The notes under the pieces are model-generated. The model made no database searches. It was not told the DNA's origin and saw only the letters and a program-made list of their open reading frames with translations. Both the position numbers and the translations under genes were made by a program. This document shows, piece by piece, positions 49,601-59,785 of a stretch of DNA of 64,000 bases. This DNA comes from Zygnema circumcarinatum SAG 698-1b (taxonomy: Eukaryota; Plantae; Zygnematophyceae). The stretch spans positions 5,185,909-5,249,908 of the forward strand of contig CM074804.1 in NCBI GenBank assembly GCA_037447605.1. Direction: 5' to 3'. Position 1 is the first letter of the stretch. Each line of letters opens with the position of its first letter.

Positions 49601-52600
49601 GATTCCTGCTTTCCCATTTTCTAATCAACAGACTTCTGAGAGTCCTCTCGCCCTCGTGCAGTTCCAATGAGAAGATGGAAGGGGCAAAAGGATCGATCAG
49701 AACTTACACTTCTGGCGAGACCGGCTGAGCGGTGCAGTTCACAAAGAAACCCTGAAAGCAGACCTCTATGCCGGAGCCACAGCCAGTGAAGCATGGCCTC
49801 GTCAAGACCTTACCATCACTGCCCATGTCTACTGTGCCTGCACCGCTCCAACAGACAGTCAGCTGTAGTGAGCAACTCATGAACTGGTCCTTGTACAGGC
49901 CCGAACTCCGTTACTGAAACCGAGTGCTGCTGTCGTATATACAGCCTTGGAAACTGCCATTGAGGGGATTACTTGCGATACATCGGCTGAAATTATGACA
50001 GGTGGGTTGCGAAGTCGGCAGTAGCACGACTCTTTACTACTACTATTCGAGAGTCCCCTTACAAGATATCGCGCATCTATAGGTACAGTAGGTTCAATGG
50101 GGTTCCATCCTTTCAGCATGCAGGATAGACAAAGGAGCTGTTCCAGTGGCTCGTGGAAAAGTGCAGACGAGGGAAAGATGTTTACCGTCATTATCGTTGT
50201 CAACTCCGTCACATATTTCAGGAGTGATGCTGATGTTGCCAGCGCAGGATGGGCTGCCAAGTTCAGGAAATGCGTGTAAGATGAACGATAGACGACAGGC
50301 ATTTACGCCTTACAAATTTTGCAAGAAAGGAAACGGTGTCAGTGTAGAAGGAAAGCCGAAGCACTCACTTGCGAATGGCAGATATTCTCATGTCGAAGCT
50401 CAGCTGCCCATGCCTCCACACATGAGAATGCATTTCTGCGGCGATGGTATTCACTCCTTCCACGAGGTAATAAGAGTTGTTTGGAGCTGGCAGCGGCAGG
50501 GTGGCAGTTGCCCAAACATTGAAGTCTCCCTGTTTGGTGGCCTGCACGTAAGCGCATCACCCAAGAACGAGCACTGTCAGAAAGGAATCTGGTGCAAGCA
50601 ACGCTTGGAGTGTAAAAAAGCATTCCTCAATGAGAGTGTTTCATGGATGATGAGCCTTACTGTGGTAGCATTGGTTACTGTGCCGTTAGGCATACTCCCA
50701 CGGAATAATTCTTGGCGATTGAGGTACACTACTGCGCCATCGTGAAGATTAACTTCCAGAACAAGCGCTGAATAACAGCCTGTGCTGGTGAGCGTGAAAT
50801 TCGTCCGAAAGTAGTATGTTGTGAGCGCTGGGGCCAGCCATGTTTTGATGTATGTATACTTCCCTGGCAGATACAATCCCGTACCACCACCAGTTAACGG
50901 AAACAGTTTTAGAAAAGGTATGTACGGACAAAGTTTGACGAGTGCGTGAAGGAACAAAGCTTGCAATGTTTACACACGAAAACAAAAATAGTGGAATCCC
51001 AAATTTGCAGGACAGATAATTTGGAGGAGGGATAAAAAGCAAATATCGGCTATCGCTTCTTAAAATTTGCAGCATACGGAGTGCTGCTTCGACTGTACAG
51101 TGAGCAACACAGCGCTGCCAAAGCAGACAGCAGAGAGACAGGGGAGCTTACAGGTGGTGAACCCAAAGGGCGCGGAGCCAGTTGCCCAGCCAGTTGTCGT
51201 GTCAGCTGCTGGACTGTAGAAGGATGGATGGAGTTCACTACTGGAATCGTTATACAGCCAAGTAGAGCCAGCAGACAGGAGGCCGCACTGGCTGCAAAGA
51301 GCACACACAAAGGACAGAACATGGTCATATGTCAGCGGCTTTGAAAAGGTCTGCGCCCTTGCTTAGAAGGGTCAAGGGAAAGGCCGGCAGGAACGAAAGA
51401 GTAATCAGTGCAACACGAAATCTAAAATCAAAGCAAAAGACGCTTACGTCGGACCGGTGCAGGCGATAGGATCGTTTCCTGGCAGCAGAGTGATTGGGCT
51501 GTCCCATGCAGATCCCAAGGCCAGCTCCAGATTCGGCGGTCCGACGCTGTTGCAGACAAAGCTATACTGAGCGTTCACGGCCGGAAGGGATTTTGTGCCC
51601 TCACACTGCCTGCAAGGACAGGAGCAAAACACGAATCCATAAAATCACCCCGCTGACTGAAAAGCACTTGTTTCCTCAATGATTCCTGCTTGCTTGCTTT
51701 TTCTAGGCTCAAAAACAAAGGAGAGCTGAGTTCCCACTTGAAGTAGAGACCGGGGGAGGGCTTGATGGTCCAGGATGCAGCGGGGCCGGCGACGAACTGC
51801 AGAGTAAGGCCCTGCCCGCAGGGGCCGGGGTCGCGGTACTCGACGGTGATGTTCGAGGGGATGAAGGCGGGCAAGCTCGAGGGCGGCAAAATGGCGACGA
51901 TATATGTCTGTTGGGCCAATAGAACTGCATGGAATTCTCTCGTCACCGTCACCATGCTGCTCTGCAGATTTCCATCCAACGTGAGGACAGCACCGTCGCT
52001 CACGCGGGTGATGCTGACGTAGCTGCAAGGCATAGAGGAAAAGATTGGGTTAAAAAGAAGCCGGTATGCTTTTCTCGTCCTGGTTCTCTCATAGCCTCGA
52101 TCTTTGCAATGATCGGCGGCAAAAGACCGCTGCTAGAGTAAACGCGAAACGCCGACGACATCAAACCATTCCCTAGAAAATCAACCTATCGCCTTATCCT
52201 TCTCCTCCTCCTTCCACTCTATTACTCTCTATCGCATCATGATTGCTCGCAAGAAAATGCAATGTACCTAAACGATCCGCGAGTGTTTGCGGCATCAGAC
52301 ACGAAGCCGGGTTCGAAGTAGGAGAGTTTGAGGGTGCGGTAGCAGGCGCCGGGGCACTTGTAGGCGTTCCATGAGGCGTTGAACTGGCAGTCCCCCCCCC
52401 CCGCGGCGGCGGCGGGCGGGAGGATGGCCGAATTGTTCGCCACGATGTACCCGGGCGCGCCCACCACGCTCCCGTCCGCGTCGTAGATACTGTAAAACAT
52501 CGACTGCTCGCCTCCATCCGAAATTTCGTCCCACGGCTGCACGATTGCGGGGACAACGGCTCAGGGGTCTGAAGCTCTGCTGTGATTTTTCTCGAGTGTT

Positions 52601-55600
52601 CCATGAACCTGCTGTCTATGGACTCTTGGCTGGCATGTTTTGGAAGGATGAGGTTGAACTAGTTGAATCAGAAACATGAGAACCGCCTGAACTGGCGGGA
52701 GTAAACTCACCACAAATCGAACTTTCCTGGGGTTCAGCCATATGGGGATGGTGTTGGGAGCGAACTTGAGAGCCTGCAACACGTTTTTTGAAACAGTATG
52801 AAGGAAATCAGCCGAAAGGAATCACTGCCATCACGTGCAGTAATAGGGAGTTCCAGCATCCAGGAGCGGTGCAGAAGGGAGCATGCAAAGATCGCCACTG
52901 TACCTTCAAGGAGTGACCAGAACTCCAATATCCACCCGGCCCTGTTGCCGCAATGCCGGCTGCCATTCTACAGGTGCTATCGAAGTTGCTAAAGCTGAAC
53001 AGGCACGTATTCAATGTCATTATCGATGTCATGGACGGGGGCAACAACAACTTTCAATTTCTGATCAATCATGAAAAATAATATGATGTCCTCTAGCTGT
53101 ACAGGTCAAACCCCAGCTACACATGCAATAAATCGATACACCGAATTACTATATAGTCAGAAAATCCCTACCTGACATTTTCAAGAGAGTGAGTCTTCCA
53201 TCCTTGACTAGTTCGATACTGGTTGATGATAACCCCGACTGTCGGTGCGGTGTTCATCAACCCTCCAGTAGACCGACCGCGGGCTCCCCAGAGCAGCGGC
53301 ATGCTGCAAAGGTCAGGAGATAACGACAAGCCAACCCCACCAATCCAGCATGTCAATTGAAGTAACCCTCATGATGCATCAGCAGCATCCGGGCATCGTG
53401 ACAGCTTGCAGAGCCATGCAGAACGACGAAAATGGAGAAGGGAGAGGCGAAAAGCGGCGGTGGAGGAACGGGAGGCCCTCACGTGCAGCCTGAGACAGGG
53501 CGGCAGTTCGCCCAGGGGCTGTCCGACCAGCACTGGGTGGGGTTGCCGTAGTTCTCAGTTTGGCCTACAACCCGCGTGTTCCTCACAGTGATCTGCTGGT
53601 CCTGGTCCAGGTCTATGCCCCACAGGTTATCTGAAACTGCGCTGTCGGAAATGGTCAAAATGTCGGTGTTGTGCACGAAAAGTCTGCCAAGGCCGTCATC
53701 CATTTTAAGTCAACCATCCATCAGAAGAGGTCTACTACACTAAAACCAGGATTTGGGGTCACTGCAATAAGGCAGTCGAGTTTGTCACTGTGTTATTGCT
53801 TGATTATGCAGGGAATAAATAGATGTTTTGCAGATTCTAAAGGTACATTGCCTGCGCTTAGGGAGAGTAGACGAGGAGGGTAACAGAGAACTCACCCAAT
53901 CCAACGGTTCTTGTAAACATTGAGCTTGTCCATGGAATTTGGCGCACCAAATGTCTGCTCAGTCCCACAAGAAAGAGCACCAATCGCAACTGTCAAGGCA
54001 GCTGTACAACAGTAGCTACTGAAGTTTGAGCAGATTGCGATTGAAACACTGAAAAACGCGCACAAACTCGCAGCACCGCTCTTTCACGGCAGACAGTAAA
54101 TAAAATGGTCTGACATTGCCGGTTGGGCACTGCAGCGAATCACGACCCTGAGGCCGACACTATAAGCGGGGCAGAGAGCTCACCCAGTCGGAATTTCGTG
54201 GATTGATGCCATGTGGATAAGTGCGAATTCCTACAGTAACAAAAAAAGGAACACAAGAACAAGGAGTCGTCGTCAACAAGAAAAATGATTCCCTTGAAAA
54301 CTTGAAAGAGAAGCTTTTGCACTTCTCCACAATTTAGAACATTATGCAGCCCTTGTGCCAATGCCAAGTTACCTGAGAAGGCTTCACAAACTAAGGCATG
54401 ACTCCTATGACACCCTTTAACGGGTTTTACAATTTTCCATTCTTCAACTTTTGGCTTCAGTTTTTGGAATTGAAGTTTTAGTTTAAAATGCAATGCAATA
54501 TACAAGATGGCTTCCAACATAAGCTTGGGTTCATTTACGCTACTGAAATGTATGCCAGGTCCTACCTATTCCATCGTTGGAATGTGCGACGTTTCCGCTG
54601 AAGTTTGTCAAGGACATGAGAATCGGAGACACATTTTTAATGCGTGGAATACTCAGAGAGGCGCCTCGTACTGCATTTCGAAGCTCGATCCAGAACCTGC
54701 ATGACGGGAGGGAAGAGAATCACTTCGCGTGGCAATCGATGGAACTTGAGGTGCTGATTTACAAGGAGATTAATTCTGAAGGAACAGACTGCAGCATCAT
54801 TCAGCACACGAGGAGAGATAACAGACACGCCTCGAACAAGTGAACAGCTAAATCCACAGCTTCGCAAGGAAACAGCAAGGAGGAAACGAGCGCGAGAGCC
54901 GACCCGCTTGCTTCAGAGCCGGCAGCCACATTATTGATGATGTTGTTCTGTACGTTTGAAATCCAGAACGTTGCCGGTTCATTGTCAGTTTCGTCCGTCA
55001 TCGTAGTGCTGCCGGTCTGCATGATCATGCGATCCACTGCAGCCACCTCCGCATGCAATGCCATGTCTGAGGGTGATGCAGACCAGCAACTGCGATAGGC
55101 AGCGAGGCAGTGGCTGCTGCTCATGCGCGCAGGCAAGAAGGGGGAAGCGGGCGCGCACCCTTGTTGGTGAGGATGCCGATGTTGTTGATGAAGGTGTTCC
55201 CGACCTCCCCGCCCTCCTGCAGCATGCAGCAAACAGCACGATGCAGCGACAGCATCAGCACCATCATGAGCAGCACCATCATGAGCAGCACCATCATGAG
55301 CAGCACCATCATGAGCAGCACCATCAGGAGCAGCACCATCATGAGCAGCACCATCATGAGCAGCACCATCATGAGCAGCACCATCATGAGCAGCACCATC
55401 ATGAGCAGCACCATCATGAGCAGCACCATCATGAGCAGCACCATCATGAGCAGCACCATCAGGAGCAGCACCATCATGAGCAGCACCATCATGAGCAGCA
55501 GCACCATAACGAGCACCATCAGCGAGCAGCATGCACCTCGGTCATGAAGCAGTGGCCGCTGGTGTTGTACGCCACGTTGCTGTCAGCCGTGATGTTGTCG

Positions 55601-57139
55601 GAGGCGTGCAGCACGATGCAGCGCTGCAGGAGGAGGAAAGCGCTTTGTTAGGATCCGCCAGAGAGTCTTGCGGCGCAGCCATTAGCCCGCCTCTAGCGGT
55701 GAGTAGCAGGAGGCCCTTAGAACAGGTGCGGGAGTGCAGGGCGGCCTGCCTGCTTGCTGTGCACAAGAGCGTTCTTGCGGACGACGCTGTTGGGACTCGA
55801 TCCCACGACGTGGAAGTGGATGTTGTAGCGGCCGAGCTGGCCCTGCTGGCCCATCCGCAGGTACTGCACGCCCTCGATGTACTGCGGAATGCTCGTCATG
55901 AACACGATGAAGTGCCCGCCTGCATCCCCCCTCCCGCTGCTGCCTCCCTCAGCATCCCGCTGAAGGCAGAGAACAGAGTCCATGGCCGCACTCCGCAGTT
56001 GCCGGGGGGGAAGGCAGAGCTGGCCGACCTTCATACTGATTCGGGGCCGGCTCGTCGGTGCCGGTGATGACAATGTTGCGAGAAAGGAGCGCAACCTCAC
56101 CACGCTGGTCAATGAACCCTCCCATGCCGTCAGACGCGCGCTCACCAAAATGGTCGTATTGCAGTGGCGCATCCAACAGTATGATGGAACCTGTTCCATT
56201 TCGGGCCACTGGATTTCCAACCCAAAACATTTCCATCAATATAAACACAATGACCGTGGAAGAATTCCTGAAGAATGGCAGTAGGGTATCTAAAATTTCA
56301 GGTGCTGACAGCAGAAATTGACAGTGGAGTTCATACACCGTCAATGTACACTTTTCGTTCAATTAAAAAAGCCAAACTATGACCAACCAGCTCTGCCTTA
56401 ACTCAGCCTCAGTGTAAGCAAGTCGTTGCCTACCGCCCGTAATGTTGAACACTTCCGCCTGTTTCCGGTCGAAGTCGGTAGATGAAAGCACAATTTGAGA
56501 GCCCACCGGCCACAGTCTAGTGACATCTGTGCTGACGGAAATACTTGAGTCACCATCCTTGGCCGTGCGGCTGAGCTTGACCCAGACGGGCATGCTGGCC
56601 GGGCCGGGGAGGCCGTGGAGGCGCACCTGCCCGCCGACCTGCGCAGGGCCGCCCGGCAGGGCAGTGAGTGCGCTACAGCAGCAGCAGCAGCAGCACGAGG
56701 AGGAGGAGGAGGAGCAGCAGGAGGAGGAGGAGGAGAAGGAGGAGGAGGAGGGAGAGAGGAGGAGGAGCAGGAGGAGGAGGAAGAGGAGGAGGAGGAGGAG
56801 GAGGAGGAGGNNNNNNNNNNCGCGCTGAGTCCCGGCCAGGGGCCCGCGGGCGGCTTTCCGGCGGCCCGCGGAGGCGGGAGTGGAAGAGAGGGGGCGCTGA
56901 CCTTGCGGCGGAGGTACGGGCGGCGGGAAGGGAGGCGGAGGCGAGGGCGGGGGGGGCGAGGGGGGCGGCGGGGAGACGGGTGGGAAGAGCAGGGAAGGGG
57001 AGGGGTCGGCGAGGAAGGCGCAGGGCGAGACGAACACGTCGGTGAAGGTCGCCGGCGCGGCGCGCGCGGTCAGCGGCAGGTCGAGGGCGGCGAGCAGCGC
57101 CGGAAGCAGAAGCACAGCCGCGCGCACCACCGCCGCCAT
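46622..57139 (-). CDS. large secreted G8-domain/parallel beta-helix (TMEM2/CEMIP/PKHD1-like) protein, copy A, with MopE-like motifs and three C-terminal beta-sandwich modules
   Basis: Signal peptide MAAVVRAAVLLLPALLAA, Pro-rich linker, RGEVALLSRNIVI, GQQGQLGRYNIHFH, RCIVLHAS, NNVAAGSE and FSGNVAHSN. About 25 exons traced in phase to the stop at 46622. The G8 exons fall in the N gap at 56811-56820. Confidence 0.88.
55261..55500. repeat. 15-bp minisatellite (CCATCATGAGCAGCA)x16 in an intron of copy A
   Basis: Sixteen tandem units counted, two of them with ATG changed to AGG. The same intron in copy B has 2 units (62671-62700). Confidence 0.95.
56697..56810. repeat. (GGA)n tract; paralogous (CCT)n tract at 61324-61587
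   Basis: Direct inspection. The tract is intronic and abuts the N gap in copy A. Confidence 0.95.
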
Positions 57140-57689
57140 GGCTCCTCCTCCTCCTCCTCCTCCTCCTCGTCCGACCGCCGGTCGCCGTTCCCGCTCCGCC
57201 TCCGCCCCCCGCTCCACTTCCCCCCTCGCCCGCCCGCCCGCCCGCGGCCGTGCCTCTCCGTCCGTACCGCTAGGGACAAAACGCCCGCACGTCACCTTCC
57301 TCAGGCCACCAGCTGGCCCTGGCCCGGCCGGGCCGATCCGCGGACCGCCGCCGGGCGAATCGGAGCGCTGCGCACCGCCGGGCGGGCGGGCGGACGGTCA
57401 GACGGGCGGGCGGGCGGGCGGGCGGGCGGGCGGGCGGGCGGGCGGGCGGACGTGCGGGCGGCCAAAGTCTCGATGGTCAAAGTTTGTCGCAGAAAATTGA
57501 AATACGACAAGGTGACAACGAATGCTTGAATGTCGCGAGTTCAATGCCATTTTCCTTCTTTGAATGTCTGTTTGTTTCTTTATTCACGTGGTTTAATGCC
57601 CGACGGCAGCAACTTGACCAACCTCACCCTCGCGGCTGCTTACCAGTAGGGCTGCGCTGGTGAGCCTACGCGTAGCTTTCCGCTTCTAG

Positions 57690-58042
57690 CCGTAAAATTG
57701 AACAGGCTGAGAAATTAAGAAACGAGTTTACTCAATTCTCAATCTTATTGAATAGGGTTGAACTTTGGACACTCGAGGTCGAAACTTTTTCGATTTAAGT
57801 AAGCGAAAAGTGTTAGAGAAAAAGTTCAAAGACTCAATGTGTTCGTCGCACGTGTGGATTCCAGTTTTTGCAACGTTGGTTCCGTGCGATTTGAGGGACG
57901 ACCCCATTGTCCGTACGATTCTTCCCGTGAGCCGATGAACAATTTTTGCACTGAAATCCGGGTCCAAGCGCATTGCAATCCGCTAAATTCTCATTGTTGA
58001 TCGGTAGACCAAAAGAAAACTCAAACTGAAAAGGAACGATAA
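57690..58042 (+). repeat. dispersed repeat R1, copy 2, in the palindrome spacer
   Basis: Colinear with 24744-25096. Confidence 0.88.
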
Positions 58043-59785
58043 CTAATTCTTCAATGTTTCTTCAGTTCTCCATAAAAATTGTATTGGGAAAAAAATAAGA
58101 ATTCATTTCTCATTTGTCGAAATGAATCGTGTTACAAATAGGTGGACTTTTTTCAGAAAGTGGTTTTGAAAGTTTTAAATTTTGAAGAGCCAAAATCTTT
58201 TATGTCTTTTTTCTCAACCTGTTCGATAACACAAATAACTTTTTTCGTTTTGTCCTTCGCTCCACAGCGACCAGTTCCTCGTGGTTCCCCATACTGATTC
58301 TATTCATGTATTTTTGATGGCGAGATCGATAGGGGTTGTCCAACTTCGCGAAAAGTTACGAAAAGCATTTATGAAGTTAAGTTCACGAGACTACTCCGCT
58401 CCAGGCGGATCGCTTCATCTCCGGGGTACTCGTTTTGATGGAAAACTTACGGACGGACATTCCGACGATGTTCAAGTCAGGCAACCGCCAGTGCCACGTC
58501 CCTTCAAGCAGAACAAATGCATGCCCGTTTGGGTGCCACGGTGGCGGCTACGATCAACCGCCCGCGGCCGCAGCCGCCCGGGACGCCACCGACAAGATAC
58601 GCCAGGCTGGCGAACTGCGCTGTTCGTACGGTCAAGCGAGCCGCCAACTAAAAGATTGAACCGAAAGATATGGAGTGACGTGGCACGTGAAACTGACTCA
58701 GCCAGCTGTGCGCTTGACGACAAACCCTCTGTAGAATGAAGTTTCAAGGAGGCTGCGCGAGAGACGGAGGGCGTTGAAATCTGACGACGGCAGGTTGTCG
58801 GCGCTGGCGGCGCCTTCCGCCAGCTGGCATCAACGAGGGAGGTCCATTGGACGCGAGAGGATCTCCAGGATCCACTACGATCTTCCTTCCGATTTCGGAT
58901 ATAGGTTCCGTACCATACGGTGCAGTGGGTCGTGGCACTTTTGACACCTTCAGTTCCACCGTACCTTCGTCCTCAAGATCGAGGCAGGTACCGTACGGGA
59001 TCCTCCTGTCCTTGCGGTACAATCAAACTTGCGCTGTCAGAGATTGTCGAGAGCTCTAGAGTCCGGCGATGCGTCGTGCCTACGGCTCGTAGTCGCCGTG
59101 GCCGGCTTGTCGCGGCCTGCCGCTGCCGCCCCGCCCGCCCGCAGCGGACGGAGCTTTTTTTTCACCCCCTTCATGGCCAGAGTGGCGTCATCATGATAAT
59201 GCCCCGACCGGGCCACGTCACGCGCTCCCTCGCTCCCGTCCGCCGCGAGGCAGGACCGTACGGAGGAAGCTTGCGCGGCGGGCCTGCCGCTATGGGCGGC
59301 CGCAACGGCACCAGCACGGCAGCACGATTCGTACAACCTGGCTGGGATAGCACCAGCTAGCGACACGTGGTGATAGCCGAGTAGATCTTTGCTACCCGAT
59401 TATCTAGCGTTAGGATCTTGACCTCAGATTCGACGACAACCGACAAGGCCAAGGGTTATCCGAATCCAATATGGCGGTCATATCCGATACGCCCGCGATC
59501 TGAACCTGGGGCGGTACAGCCGCTGCAAGGCCGCCCTCAGCGCCGTACAGAGAGGCGCGTGAAGCCGGCGGCTCGCCGGTCAGACAAGCCGTTTTCGTTG
59601 CCAGCTGGTGGCCTGAGGAAGGTGACGTGCGGGCGTTTTGTCCCTAGCGGTACGGACGGAGAGGCACGGCCGCGGGCGGGCGGGCGGGCGGGCGGGCGAG
59701 GGGGGAAGTGGAGCGGGGGGCGGAGGCGGAGCGGGAACGGCGACCGGCGGTCGGACGAGGAGGAGGAGGAGGAGGAGGAGGAGCC

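Larger units (their letters stand above)
54500..57317 (-). repeat. left arm of an inverted duplication (pairs with the right arm from 59600 onward)
   Basis: Reverse-complement identity starts at gccagctggtggcctgagg (57317 / 59600). Near-identical tracts alternate with diverged ones, and the left limit is approximate. Confidence 0.92.

Noticed and set aside
55261-55500. Possible CRISPR-like array
   Set aside because: These are direct tandem units with no spacers, in a eukaryotic intron, with no cas genes.
54801-55651. His-rich (HHHEQ)n, (AAHDG)n and (SSTIM)n ORFs
   Set aside because: They are translations of the intronic 15-bp VNTR, which has only 2 units in the paralog.
56520-57529. Poly-E, poly-R and poly-G ORFs
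   Set aside because: They come from (GGA)n and GC-rich repeats antisense to G8 copy A and cross an N gap.
58744-59022. 92-aa minus-strand ORF with repeated PYGT in the spacer
   Set aside because: PYGT reflects CCGTAC-rich DNA, and there is no homology or splice support.
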